A DNA stretch of 64,000 bases, taken from IMG/VR virus record IMGVR_UViG_3300033074_001354, positions 32,001-96,000 of that record, one strand, 5' to 3'. Shown piece after piece: positions 38,231 to 48,761 of this stretch. Made by a program: the position numbers and the translations under genes. Numbering within the stretch: the stretch's first letter is position 1; the number at the start of each line of letters is the position of its first letter. The notes under the pieces are model-generated. The model saw only the letters and a list, made by a program, of their open reading frames with translations. It did no database searches and was not told the origin of the DNA. The DNA comes from a virus (Duplodnaviria > Caudoviricetes).

Positions 38231-40779
38231 GCAACAACTTTATTTCTGTGACTAACATCCCCTGAATCGTCGCCATCATCATCTTCTTCGGTTATTTCTG
38301 CCACAACTTCGTCACCATCACTCATAGTTAACTCACCTAACTTACTTCCTAGCTCAACATCAGCTTTGATTGGTACGTCTATCCAAGCATATGGAAGATT
38401 TTCCATTATAGCAATTAGCTGTGGTTTTACTATGGCAACTTCATGCATAGGACATTCCAAAACAATAGAATCATGCACTGTCATAACAAGCCTTGATTCA
38501 AGATTATTATCAAATATGAATTTGTTTATTAGGATCAAAGAAGATAATGTCATATCACTGGCCAATCCTTGAATTGGACTATTGAAAGATTGGCGTTCTG
38601 CATGTGACTTTATGGTGCGATTATAGCTATGGATCTCAGGTAATCTTCTCTTGCGACCAATAAGACTACGAACAAATCCAAATTTACGAGCGTGATCTAT
38701 GCAAGCGTTCATATATTTCTTTACAGCTGGATATCTGTTGAAGTAATCATCCATGAATCTTCTAGCTTCGTCTTCTGTACATTCCAAAATAGAAGCCAAT
38801 GCTGGTGGCCCCATCCCATAAACCAATCCAAAGTTAATAACTTTTGCAAAACGACGCACTTCTTTAATAACAGGATCATTGTCTCTCTTGGAATGAAATT
38901 CTTCATATGGCATTCCATGAACCTGAGAACCAACAAACGAATGAATATCCTTGCCCTCATGAAACGCTCTCATGAGTCCAGGGTCGCGAGAACATATAGC
39001 TAATACACGTAACTCAATTTGGGAATAATCGGCGTGCACATATACATAACCTTTCTTAGGGACAAATATATTCTTAATGGATTTGTCACGAGGAATCTGC
39101 TGCATATTTGGCTTTGAACTAGATAGTCTTCCTGTCTTTGTCCCAGTAATAAAATACCCACCATGAACACGACCATCATATTTCATCCACTCTTTACGAG
39201 CCAATTGCACATACTTGGTGTTTGCCGTTCTAAGAATCTTCCAATCGCAAACAACCTTAACTACTGGGTGCTTCTTCTCTAGAGGCTTCAAAGCCTTTTT
39301 ACCAGTAGAACGACCACCTGTCTTTGTTAATTTCAAACATGGGAGCTTGAAATAATCATAAAGTAGAGTTGATAACTGTACAGAAGAACCAAAATTTATT
39401 GCCTTTAACTTCTTATTTTTTATTGAAGAAACTTTTCCTTCTTCAACATCTCGCAGCATCATAACAGACTCTGGAAATTCTTGAAGCTCGTGCTCAAGCT
39501 TAGTAAGCCTATTAGGAACATCCACTTCCAGAAATTTAACATAATCAACATCTATAGCAATGCCTGCTTTTTCTATATCCTTTAGCATCTCCACTGATGG
39601 CATCATTATATTGTAAAATACCCAAGCATGTTTGGAATCTTGTTCAAGAACAGGCTTCTGCTCTAAGTAGATACGAATAGTGGCATCAACGTCGGCACAA
39701 CAGTATCGGCTAAGAATGCCCAGCTCTACCTTGTCCATATCTCCTTTGCTGATACCCATTCTCTGTAGATAACCATCCAATTCCATATCATAGCGACCCA
39801 TATCAGTATACTGCACAGCTAGACGCTTTAACGATAAATACTTTTTATTCTCGTCCAACGCATACTCTCCGACCATTGTGTCATAGAAAAGATTGTTGCT
39901 TCTAAAATTCCACAACACTTCTGTGTACAATGCATCAAATTTTAAATTATGGCCTATCTTCTTAATACTATCGTCCTTAAGTATCTCTATAACATATTGC
40001 TTTATCTCTTGATATACTTCATCAGAAAACTGCCTTTGTGGGTGATCAAATGGGATAAACCAAGCATGCTTTGGTTTGGTAGTAAACCCAGTACCAACAA
40101 TTTTAGCCTCAACATGCCAAGGGTCCAATCCAAATGATTCTATATCAAATACTGTAAACCCAGCTTCATAAATTTCAGCAACTAATTCATACATGTCTTC
40201 AATAGTTTTCACCGTACGATAGCCATCTATTTTTCTATCTGTGCACATTGCATCATAAATTGATTTCAAAGCAAGAATACTAGTAACAAATTTATCAGCA
40301 TCTTCTTCGCCAGCCATAACTCTAGATGGATGGACAATAGGATAATAGCATACTCCATCTTCTGACATAATAAGGTCACCAACCATCTTCTGAGAAACCT
40401 TCTTACCAAGAAAATACTGCACTGCTACGCTCCCAACAAGAACAACTATCTTCAAATTTGGCATGCTCTTAATATCCAGCTCTGTGTTCTCGCCGCATAA
40501 TTTAATTTCTTCTTTTGTAGCGGAACGAGATTCAGGAGTGCGACACCGAAGAACATTGGCTATTGCAATTTTGGAGAGATCAAATCCTGACTCTCTGAAT
40601 ACTTCTAACAAAAAAGTTCCATATTGGCCAGACATTGGCCTATTGGATGAATCGTCAGATAATCCAGGTGCTTCGGAAACTAGTAGAAGGGGGCTTTTGG
40701 GGTCTCCATACAATGGCATCCTTGGTGAGCTGCAGGTCTTATATAAACCACACTTTTCACAATTATCCCAATAATTCAA
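38221..40779 (-). CDS. polA: Family A DNA polymerase with N-terminal family-4 UDG-like domain and 3'-5' exonuclease
   Basis: CEKC..., EAPG, LRCR.P, HPS (UDG); FDIE, HNLKFD, YCCAD (exo); TGRLSS..PNMQ, DYSQIELR, AKVINFG..YG, VHDS. Confidence 0.93.
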   Translation of the reverse strand: MNYWDNCEKCGLYKTCSSPRMPLYGDPKSPLLLVSEAPGLSDDSSNRPMSGQYGTFLLEVFRESGFDLSKIAIANVLRCRTPESRSATKEEIKLCGENTELDIKSMPNLKIVVLVGSVAVQYFLGKKVSQKMVGDLIMSEDGVCYYPIVHPSRVMAGEEDADKFVTSILALKSIYDAMCTDRKIDGYRTVKTIEDMYELVAEIYEAGFTVFDIESFGLDPWHVEAKIVGTGFTTKPKHAWFIPFDHPQRQFSDEVYQEIKQYVIEILKDDSIKKIGHNLKFDALYTEVLWNFRSNNLFYDTMVGEYALDENKKYLSLKRLAVQYTDMGRYDMELDGYLQRMGISKGDMDKVELGILSRYCCADVDATIRIYLEQKPVLEQDSKHAWVFYNIMMPSVEMLKDIEKAGIAIDVDYVKFLEVDVPNRLTKLEHELQEFPESVMMLRDVEEGKVSSIKNKKLKAINFGSSVQLSTLLYDYFKLPCLKLTKTGGRSTGKKALKPLEKKHPVVKVVCDWKILRTANTKYVQLARKEWMKYDGRVHGGYFITGTKTGRLSSSKPNMQQIPRDKSIKNIFVPKKGYVYVHADYSQIELRVLAICSRDPGLMRAFHEGKDIHSFVGSQVHGMPYEEFHSKRDNDPVIKEVRRFAKVINFGLVYGMGPPALASILECTEDEARRFMDDYFNRYPAVKKYMNACIDHARKFGFVRSLIGRKRRLPEIHSYNRTIKSHAERQSFNSPIQGLASDMTLSSLILINKFIFDNNLESRLVMTVHDSIVLECPMHEVAIVKPQLIAIMENLPYAWIDVPIKADVELGSKLGELTMSDGDEVVAEITEEDDDGDDSGDVSHRNKVVAAV

Positions 40780-40782
40780 GAC

Positions 40783-42102
40783 CTACACCATCCAAAATTC
40801 TGCGAATGCCTTTTCAGCGCCAGCACATATTTTTTCTGATAGCTTACCAATCTTAAGGTCATTATAATATCCTGTAGGATTGCCATTAGAAAGATCTATA
40901 AACTGCTGGGCAATGACTTTTCTATCAAACAAATTAAATGTCTCACGACAATTATTGCGAATCTCTTCTGCTTTATGCGAAGGCATATTAGAGTATTCAA
41001 CAATATAATCAGCATACTTTTTAGGAGTATCTGCTGAATGGGGAATGCTTAAATAATTTACACCCGCTTTAAATACAACGCCGTTCCCTTCAAGATTATC
41101 GCTGATTCCTAAAGGTCTCGCCACAGGAATTGCTCCCATACGAATTGCATCCACAACCACACGATTGAAATGATCACCCTTCTTGGAGTATCGATTTGAC
41201 CAGGAAGGATCAATAAGAAGACGAGACATAGATAATAGGCTATCACGAGTCTGATTATCTATATAGCCTAGGAATTCCATGCCATTTTCGACAGCAACAT
41301 CCCATATCTTACGGCCATACCAAGGAGACGTAGGATCTTCTAGGTATTTATATCTGTCTTTGCATTTATTTGGACTTGTCATATAAGCTTGCTCAAGTCC
41401 ACCACCAGCAATAAATCGAAACTCATCTGATTCTTTTGCTGGCATGTATGCAATGGCCTTTACCAAATCATCAACATGTTTCCAACCTTTGAAAATCTGA
41501 CAATTAACAAACCCCTTGTTTCTCTTTTCATATGGCAACGCAAACGCTTGTTCATCTAATGCTGGCTGTGGATTGAATATCATAGCCCTCGGTAAAGGTA
41601 TATTTTCTGCTGTTGCGTAGGCACAAGGGTGAACACAGGCAAGACCAATCATATTATCAGCTACGGATGCCAGCCATGGGTAAGAATTCTCAAGATTGCC
41701 ATCGTGTATAACAGCAATCTGCTTGACAGGAACATCATAGAGACCAAGCCAATCAGAATTGCCCCTTTGATGTTCCTGCATTGTAGGTACTGGTATTTGC
41801 CAAATAATTAGATCAAAGCCAGAAAGAACAGCTTTAGACCTCTCTACCGCTTCCACACCTTTGTATGGAAGGCGATTAACTGCAGGAAAACACCAACCCC
41901 TTCCTTGATCTACAAAGAGTCCTGAATGACCAATAGAAAATGTACTTGTGTCACGCTTTTGGTCACGGACTTTATCTTTCCAAATAGCTTCAAATAAAAC
42001 TGTCTCGTGGCCTAACTCTTTGAACCCAGCAATCAACTCTTCTGTGTGGTTGATAATTCCACCCATATTGTTGATGCCATAAAGAACGATGGCAATTTTC
42101 AT
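40783..42102 (-). CDS. GT-B fold glycosyltransferase
   Basis: MKIAIV...GG...HTEEL..G....GHE; WKHVDDLVKA; FLGYI; F.RVVVDAI..GAIPV. Confidence 0.7.
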   Translation of the reverse strand: MKIAIVLYGINNMGGIINHTEELIAGFKELGHETVLFEAIWKDKVRDQKRDTSTFSIGHSGLFVDQGRGWCFPAVNRLPYKGVEAVERSKAVLSGFDLIIWQIPVPTMQEHQRGNSDWLGLYDVPVKQIAVIHDGNLENSYPWLASVADNMIGLACVHPCAYATAENIPLPRAMIFNPQPALDEQAFALPYEKRNKGFVNCQIFKGWKHVDDLVKAIAYMPAKESDEFRFIAGGGLEQAYMTSPNKCKDRYKYLEDPTSPWYGRKIWDVAVENGMEFLGYIDNQTRDSLLSMSRLLIDPSWSNRYSKKGDHFNRVVVDAIRMGAIPVARPLGISDNLEGNGVVFKAGVNYLSIPHSADTPKKYADYIVEYSNMPSHKAEEIRNNCRETFNLFDRKVIAQQFIDLSNGNPTGYYNDLKIGKLSEKICAGAEKAFAEFWMV

Positions 42103-42410
42103 TAAACAGCAGCCTTTCTCTTGTACTTGCGAGCTTCACCAATTTTATAAGAACGACCATCAATCTTGAGTGTCTTGAGAGTTTCAAGATTAATGTTGCG
42201 ATGCTCATCCTTTTGGATATCAAACACATTGATGAGATTCTTAAGACTGGGCTTATATGACATTCCAATTCCCTTGACTCCCTTTTTAACACCCAAACGA
42301 CATGTCATTTCCCTCAGCGTTTCATCCTTCTTCGTGAAAGAAACGGAAAAGATTCTACCGTTGGAATTGACAATTTTATTATACGCTTGGTACTTAGATA
42401 TTCGTGTCAT
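42102..42410 (-). CDS. Small basic SH3-like beta-barrel phage protein
   Basis: GRIFSV.FTKKD...REM.CR.GV...VFD....R.I pattern. Confidence 0.55.
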   Translation of the reverse strand: MTRISKYQAYNKIVNSNGRIFSVSFTKKDETLREMTCRLGVKKGVKGIGMSYKPSLKNLINVFDIQKDEHRNINLETLKTLKIDGRSYKIGEARKYKRKAAV

Positions 42411-42411
42411 A

Positions 42412-42801
42412 CTATTTATCCTTTTCTACCTGTGCTTGTAACGCCAGCACAGATTGTTTAAACTTTTCATATTCTTCTGGATGCGTTACCATATACCCAG
42501 TTATAGCCTTAAAACAATAATTAGCTGTGTCAAATAACGTGTCCAAAATTGGCTCGCCCTTACCAGTATCTGGATTCTCCCATACAGTAGGATCAAAACT
42601 ATCTAAACGATCCGTTTTCCTGTAGATATTATGCGCAACTCCAGTCATACCACGCTTGTAGCATGACATTCCATACGTCTTACATTTAGCATTCTGTAGA
42701 ATATATGCCAATTCCGTTACTTCCTTAAACCTCTTATCCTGAGAATCAGGACCATCTGCTAGTATCAAATCAGTATTTTGCTTAGAAGTTCTGTTAGCCA
42801 T
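42412..42801 (-). CDS. Nucleotide-modification-associated domain 1 (Nmad1/DUF1599-like)
   Basis: K...YG.S....G....I.RK.DRL...E...DTL.D.ANY. Confidence 0.7.
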   Translation of the reverse strand: MANRTSKQNTDLILADGPDSQDKRFKEVTELAYILQNAKCKTYGMSCYKRGMTGVAHNIYRKTDRLDSFDPTVWENPDTGKGEPILDTLFDTANYCFKAITGYMVTHPEEYEKFKQSVLALQAQVEKDK

Positions 42802-42808
42802 GACTCTC

Positions 42809-43441
42809 CTATTTTGGGTTTGAATAACTATCAGCTACTGCATCATGTATCATATTTAATTTTATCATTTCAGAAAATTCTAATCTTACCAAAAAAGCAA
42901 CAAATTCTTGTAAAGATTTTAGCTGTTTATAAAAAGGATGCCTTGCAATTATAGATACGCCACGAGACATTATCTCCTTCATATTAGTGTTTCCTAATGA
43001 AACCTCTTCGTAGCAATAAAGACAAAGCTCAAGCATGTCTGCTAGGGCAACACAACTGCCCTCTAAATCTTTCTTGCAATCAGAAGCGATCTCCTTATAC
43101 ATCTGAACAGACTGAGGAAGCCCTTTGAAGAGTTCATCCCACATGAAGGAAGCAGTACTCTTTATTGCCTCATGAATATGTTTATTATGATGCTTCACAG
43201 GAAAAATGATATCACCAGTAAGAGCCTCATCAGCATCGTGCAACAAAGAATTACGTATAACTTTTTCTACCGAAATCTTGCCAGCATATTCTGGCAAAGT
43301 ATTCAACTCATCAGCAATCATCATGGCCAGTATAGAAACATAATAACTATGCTCTGCCACATTCTCATCATGAATTCTCCGATATGTAGAACAACGAATA
43401 ATATGCTTGAGCTTTCTAAGAGTAAAGACTAGGTCCTTCAT
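42809..43441 (-). CDS. HD-domain 5'-deoxynucleotidase (YfbR-like)
   Basis: ENVAEHSY.V, LLHD..E..TGDI..PVK, ALADMLE. Confidence 0.85.
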   Translation of the reverse strand: MKDLVFTLRKLKHIIRCSTYRRIHDENVAEHSYYVSILAMMIADELNTLPEYAGKISVEKVIRNSLLHDADEALTGDIIFPVKHHNKHIHEAIKSTASFMWDELFKGLPQSVQMYKEIASDCKKDLEGSCVALADMLELCLYCYEEVSLGNTNMKEIMSRGVSIIARHPFYKQLKSLQEFVAFLVRLEFSEMIKLNMIHDAVADSYSNPK

Positions 43442-43734
43442 CTGTTTCCTTTCTTTACTGACATTAAAATCATACGTTGATTAGAAAAGCCAATTGCTGC
43501 TCTGCCTATCGATCGTACTGGATCATGACGAAATTTCTGTATTGGTAAAACTACTTCAACTGACTGGTCATTTTGAGCAATAGTAACTGTTGTATAATGC
43601 CACTCCCAAGTATAACTTACACAATCACAATCGCATGCCGTAGAACTACAGCACCAAGTGTCAGAGCTGTTGTTTGTAGCGACAACCTTACGTCTCTTCC
43701 TAGAAACATTAGTTGGGCATTCGTACGGAGCCAA
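43438..43734 (-). CDS. Small Cys-rich hypothetical protein
   Basis: Fills the gap exactly between the TS homolog and HD genes. Confidence 0.4.
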   Translation of the reverse strand: MAPYECPTNVSRKRRKVVATNNSSDTWCCSSTACDCDCVSYTWEWHYTTVTIAQNDQSVEVVLPIQKFRHDPVRSIGRAAIGFSNQRMILMSVKKGNR

Positions 43735-44856
43735 TTAATACTCTTTCAAGTGTCTCATTAATTCTTTATCAAAGTGTAATGAAAACATATCAATTATTGC
43801 TTTTCTAGCATCACGATCATATTTACATCCAACTCTCAGTATATACTCAACGCAAGAATACACTAGATCACATGGTTGTGCATCAAACAAAATCCTAGCA
43901 GCTTGCATAGGATTGTCTTCTCTGAGATGCAAAAATGAAAATAATATCCTAGTCCAAGTAGACAACCAATCTGATTCATGCTCATCCACTGCTGATGCTG
44001 CCATCTCTGTATTGTCCACCGTATGCCGGCAACAAGATTCTAATCTCAAAATCTCATCTATTATGTTGAACACTTCTTGAAACGACTTAGTCTTAAGGTC
44101 AAATTCAAGAGGAGCAGTATGATCATATATATTAAAATCTGTAGCAGAATCAACGATATGTTGAAATCTATTATGAAACTTCTTATACATGTGACAAGAA
44201 GAAACAAAGAAGTAGAACTTTCCAACAGGAATACCCAATGAGTATGCCAATATTTCCTGAAGAACAGTCCACTCAAAGAAGTTAATATTGCTCCCCCACA
44301 AGAAATCCATACTACGAGATGCAACTTCCATATCCAGCTTTCCATCATGGACCAGAAAATGCAACCAATTATTACACGCAACATCCTTGGACTTAATATC
44401 ATGATCTTTGGCTGGATCGAAAATTTGAATAGTCGCTCTACGAGTATTTGTATCAGCTTTTAGAAGCTCCTGCACGGACTTAACCTGATCAACCGTAACC
44501 AACTGAGCGTTTCTGGTAATACCATTCCATTTTCTCAGCCTCTGGCCATAGCCAGCGCCCCACGTTTCCCCGTCATCAGAATATTCAGCTGCGCGTGGCA
44601 GATAATGCGTAAGAAACTGCATGTCAACTCTGCCAGCAAGAACCCACAACGTTTCAGCAACTTGGGCATACATATTATTATTGCGATATGGAGTCATAAA
44701 GACTCTCTTGGTAGGATCCAGCAATTCAAAAACCACTGGGTGAATCTCTAAAGTATCCATTTCCCTTCGATTAGCTGACTGCGATTTAAGCAACTCCCTC
44801 ATCACAGGTATTTGAATATCCTTTAGAGACTCCCCAGTGTAAACCTTCATCAACAA
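43735..44856 (-). CDS. Thymidylate synthase homolog, probable dUMP hydroxymethylase
   Basis: YGQRL, DQ, D..TRRA, KDVAC, RSMDFLWGSNINFFEW; Asn at the dUMP-specificity position. Confidence 0.75.
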   Translation of the reverse strand: MLMKVYTGESLKDIQIPVMRELLKSQSANRREMDTLEIHPVVFELLDPTKRVFMTPYRNNNMYAQVAETLWVLAGRVDMQFLTHYLPRAAEYSDDGETWGAGYGQRLRKWNGITRNAQLVTVDQVKSVQELLKADTNTRRATIQIFDPAKDHDIKSKDVACNNWLHFLVHDGKLDMEVASRSMDFLWGSNINFFEWTVLQEILAYSLGIPVGKFYFFVSSCHMYKKFHNRFQHIVDSATDFNIYDHTAPLEFDLKTKSFQEVFNIIDEILRLESCCRHTVDNTEMAASAVDEHESDWLSTWTRILFSFLHLREDNPMQAARILFDAQPCDLVYSCVEYILRVGCKYDRDARKAIIDMFSLHFDKELMRHLKEY

Positions 44857-44862
44857 CCGTCC

Positions 44863-45309
44863 TTATTCTGCCGATTTGGCAATAATGTTTGCTAAAATCT
44901 CGAAGAATTTTTCTTCAGAATCAATGACAATACTATATGGACGTGAATCTTTTTCATCAACTTTTGCACCTTCAATTGCAAACTTTGAATAGATCTTAAC
45001 GCCACGTGGTGAAGAACAAACATCAGCATACTTCTTGTGCTTATCACTGGAAAGACGGAAGATCGCTTTCTTGCCAGATTCTTTCTTTTCAAATGCAACA
45101 TTAAGTTCTTTCAAAGCGTTTTCAATAGTTTCAGGGGCTATCTTAACGGAAGGCATAGAATCTTGCTCCTTAGTTTTGTTAACTTCTTCACTCAACCGTA
45201 TCTTCTTACCACGCATCGCATGCCTACACTTGACATTATCTAAGCAAATACGACATTCTGAGGCAGTTGATTCATAGTAACGACCGAAGCAGTCTTGTGA
45301 CTCTTGCAT
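44863..45309 (-). CDS. Hypothetical protein with N-terminal Cys motif
   Basis: CFGRYY.....CRIC.....C. Confidence 0.55.
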   Translation of the reverse strand: MQESQDCFGRYYESTASECRICLDNVKCRHAMRGKKIRLSEEVNKTKEQDSMPSVKIAPETIENALKELNVAFEKKESGKKAIFRLSSDKHKKYADVCSSPRGVKIYSKFAIEGAKVDEKDSRPYSIVIDSEEKFFEILANIIAKSAE

Positions 45310-45366
45310 TTAGGTAATCCTCGGGGTAATGGAACGTGGAATTTTATAGCATCAACAATATAGTTT

Positions 45367-45441
45367 TCAGGGTGGTAGGATTTGAACCTACGAGATCTCG
45401 CTCCCAAAGCGAGCGCTATGGCCAGCCTAAGCGACACCCTG
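45367..45441 (-). tRNA. tRNA-Pro(TGG)
   Basis: Acceptor CAGGGTG/CACCCTG, anticodon arm CTCGC-TTTGGGA-GCGAG, T arm GTAGG-TTCAAAT-CCTAC. Confidence 0.88.
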
Positions 45442-45575
45442 TGGCAATTAAAAAGAAACGCTACTATCTATTGGATCAAACAGGCTAGGACTTTTGTTTT
45501 ATATTATCAATATGCTTCTTCATTCTGGGGATTAGTATGACATCATAAAACTTCGTTGATTTTCCCTTTATGACA

Positions 45576-45896
45576 TCAAGATCTCTTTGCATCTGTATTT
45601 CTTGCAACTTTTCCTCTGCTAACTCTAACAACGTTTTCATAGTAACTTTTCCTTTTACTTGTGCTTTTTATGTTCCAAACATATAAGCAAGCGTTATACG
45701 TATGGTCCCATTCCTGCACTCTCTTTCTCACAAGCTTTTCTCGCTGATACGCCCAATACGCCTTATCTTGCTTGCTGATGTGATGCTTGATAGACTTATT
45801 TGATGGCCTCTTTCCAAATTGCTTTATAAACCATTTCTTAAATGAAAGTCTATTAAATTTTTCTTTGCTAGACTCAACTCTTGACAATACTAGCAT
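45576..45896 (-). CDS. Basic hypothetical protein
   Basis: RBS GGGGAG upstream. Confidence 0.5.
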   Translation of the reverse strand: MLVLSRVESSKEKFNRLSFKKWFIKQFGKRPSNKSIKHHISKQDKAYWAYQREKLVRKRVQEWDHTYNACLYVWNIKSTSKRKSYYENVVRVSRGKVARNTDAKRS

Positions 45897-45908
45897 TCTA
45901 CTCCCCCT

Positions 45909-46571
45909 CTATTTATCCTTCAATGATAGTCCATACTTGCGGATACGCATTGATTCAAAACATTCTGGGCCAACGTACTTATACCAGCCAACAGGCGGTA
46001 TCTGGTATGCAGATGAGACATCAACCCCTATTGCGACCAGCTTTGCTTCAAAATCACTGCAACCATCTAGTATGGCTGCTTCGTAGATCTCTTTAGCTAT
46101 TCCTTTAATGACGTATTCCTGCACTGTTTCCTCAGCGACATCACCTGATTGTAATTCATACAACCCTTCGTTTATAAACTCTAGCATCTTATCTGCCTCA
46201 AGCATAGAGTATTCATGAGGCCAAAGCTTTACAGCTTCTCCATTCACCATGACCCTTACTGCCTTCGATGGATTGGGAGATAATCCTAATGGATGAGCAG
46301 AAAGATCCATACTCTTGAATCTTTGGAATGACTCCTTAAACTCATCTCCCAAAGAATTTGGAATTTGATATGGATTCTGAAACTCTGCGGACGGAATACT
46401 TTTTATCTTACTGACAGTTCTAGCATCAAATTCTTCATCCAGTCTAAGATACTTGATAAACTCTTTCTTGACATGCTCACCTTCTATCCACCACACAGCC
46501 CAATATATCCCCATAAACTGTGGCCGATATTCTTCTTGAACAGGAATTTGTTGATTTACTAATATCCACAC
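45909..46571 (-). CDS. Hypothetical protein
   Basis: 220-aa coupled ORF. Confidence 0.6.
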   Translation of the reverse strand: MWILVNQQIPVQEEYRPQFMGIYWAVWWIEGEHVKKEFIKYLRLDEEFDARTVSKIKSIPSAEFQNPYQIPNSLGDEFKESFQRFKSMDLSAHPLGLSPNPSKAVRVMVNGEAVKLWPHEYSMLEADKMLEFINEGLYELQSGDVAEETVQEYVIKGIAKEIYEAAILDGCSDFEAKLVAIGVDVSSAYQIPPVGWYKYVGPECFESMRIRKYGLSLKDK

Positions 46572-47212
46572 TATTGCACCTCCATTGCATGATTACTCTT
46601 TATACCAAATATTGCACTAAATTTAACAGCAACATCCTTGTCTAGGAAAAACATAAATCCATTATCAAGCTCAATCCATCCAATGTACTTGTCATGAACA
46701 CATAGTGGACGACTCTTTGTCTTCAGCTTAGCATGCGCCTCTAATACTTTGTCAGAGGACATAGCATCAGCTAGCCAAACGCATTCCTTTGTTCGGATTC
46801 TCTCAGGGTGCTGATCGTTGGCGAAGATGGATATACGACGGTAAGTTTCTTGCTGCCATTCTGGCCTCGTAATTGCATACACGATCTTCTTTCCTGTGTA
46901 TACAACGCCAGGAAATAGCGATGAGAATTCTCTATACGAAAATTCCACTTCCTTTTCATACAGTGCAAACTTACTGGCATCTACATGCAGATTCTTGAAG
47001 AAATTTGGCAAAGCCCCAAACTCAAATTCTGCAGAACCCATGTAATCAAATTGAAACAATGGCTTAAGAAGAGAACTCCATCCCTTATACAGTTCCGTCA
47101 GAGTGCGCTTCTCCTTTAGCATATTCTCAAGATCAACCCGTTGCCCTTCGTCCCATAGTGAAGGCTTCTGCAGCCTTTGAACTAGATAAGAAGAATTTTC
47201 CATACTATTCAC
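46571..47212 (-). CDS. Conserved phage hypothetical protein
   Basis: YLVQRL...FDYMGSAEFEFGALP motif. Confidence 0.65.
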   Translation of the reverse strand: MNSMENSSYLVQRLQKPSLWDEGQRVDLENMLKEKRTLTELYKGWSSLLKPLFQFDYMGSAEFEFGALPNFFKNLHVDASKFALYEKEVEFSYREFSSLFPGVVYTGKKIVYAITRPEWQQETYRRISIFANDQHPERIRTKECVWLADAMSSDKVLEAHAKLKTKSRPLCVHDKYIGWIELDNGFMFFLDKDVAVKFSAIFGIKSNHAMEVQ

Positions 47213-47855
47213 CCTTATGTTTCAATTGGCAAGTTGCTTTGTATACCATTTTTAAAATATATCCCTCTCGAGTATTAGGCCAAGACATGCTGCCATCTGT
47301 CTTTTTGTAGTAATGATTGCACCTATCAATAAGCTCGTTGACTCGGCTTTCCTTAAGCGTCTCAGATATAGCCAGTCTAGTATATTCAGCACAGAGTTTA
47401 ATTGCAAGCTCAGACAGCACTTCTTTCATGTGGGATTCAACAGCATCTTCACCAATTATTTCATCTACTGCATCTTGAATCAATTCCTCTTCAGATGGCA
47501 TAATTACGCGATCAACAAGCACGTTGCATCGAACGCATTGAGGATCTCGAACTTGGTGCGCTGAACATATTGAATGAGCACCTTTCAACAGGAATGAAAT
47601 GGGCACTTTGGTTGATTTTTCATACAGTTTCATTGCGGATTGCTTCCAAGTCTCTAAATCTTTTGTTAATATTTTAATACTCCATTCATAATGATCCACC
47701 TTCTCCCGTCTACCCTTGGCTAAGCCAAGTCGTCTTTCTCTGTCTAGAGCATCAACTATTAGCATATATGGCCTATCTTTTCCACCTTGTTTATACCCAC
47801 AAAGTTTATTCCATAAATCTTTAGCAATTTTTACTAGGTCAGAGGTATTTTTCAT
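47205..47855 (-). CDS. Hypothetical protein
   Basis: Coupled ORF. Confidence 0.5.
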   Translation of the reverse strand: MKNTSDLVKIAKDLWNKLCGYKQGGKDRPYMLIVDALDRERRLGLAKGRREKVDHYEWSIKILTKDLETWKQSAMKLYEKSTKVPISFLLKGAHSICSAHQVRDPQCVRCNVLVDRVIMPSEEELIQDAVDEIIGEDAVESHMKEVLSELAIKLCAEYTRLAISETLKESRVNELIDRCNHYYKKTDGSMSWPNTREGYILKMVYKATCQLKHKGE

Positions 47856-48147
47856 GTCTTCATCCTTCTGTTTGTGAAAGAAACCAACTCACACAAAGCA
47901 TCACCATAGGCCTGCGCAGATTGTAGACATTGTTCATTATTGCTAGCTCTTGAACGTGCCAATTTACGCCTCTTAATCTTCTTGCTGAGAGTATCAGCCA
48001 ATTCCCATCCAGCTATTTTCTCAGCATCATCTAATGCATGAAATGTTTTGAATCTATTTAGTTCCCTAGCAATTTTCTTAGCACTGCCTATTGCCATAAT
48101 GAGCTCATCAATCTTTGGTGTCATTTTATTCCTGCGATTACCAGTGC

Positions 48148-48483
48148 TCATAAGGCACCAGCTTCAGCCAGATTAACTTCATGACTGGGAGTAGACCACA
48201 CTTCCGTGCCTTTGGAAAGATCGTTACAATCGACATGCTGACCAAACTCTGCGGAAAACCAATGATAAAATGATTTACCACACTTACGACATTCTGTTTC
48301 TTCTGCCAGTTCTGCCCTAATAGTATCAATCTCAGGGTCTAAAAACATATACTCCTGGAATGCCTGGTTAACTGCATCATCTGCACTGGCAGCTTCATAC
48401 ATCTCAACCATGGCACATATAGGCTTGCCATGACTTTCGCCAATCTCACGATATACAACATAATGTTTCATTATAGTGTTCAT
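48148..48483 (-). CDS. Hypothetical protein
   Basis: Coupled ORF with CRKC. Confidence 0.5.
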   Translation of the reverse strand: MNTIMKHYVVYREIGESHGKPICAMVEMYEAASADDAVNQAFQEYMFLDPEIDTIRAELAEETECRKCGKSFYHWFSAEFGQHVDCNDLSKGTEVWSTPSHEVNLAEAGAL

Positions 48484-48761
48484 GACGGCACCTTAACGAA
48501 AGGTATAGAATTAATCTTTTCAGATGCTGCAGCAACACTCTTGACCCCACGAATAAAATCCTTATGCTCATGACACACAAAAACTTTGAACCTGTGCGTC
48601 TCATCCTTCCTCGCACTGACCAACTTGCCGTTACGGTAGCAAACATCGCAAACTTCAACTTTCATAAAGCACCTGCTTTCTTGTTAATGGAGGAAGATAC
48701 ATGTAGATAACAAAAAGCATTAGAGTCTTTGGGCATTGTATGTTTAACCATGGGGCGCTCC

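Noticed and set aside
42809-43441. HD protein as DatZ of a Z-genome (2-aminoadenine) pathway
   Set aside because: No PurZ/PurA homolog in the window; the context is pyrimidine modification
45240-45437. 65-aa ORF
   Set aside because: It is a translation of the tRNA-Pro gene region
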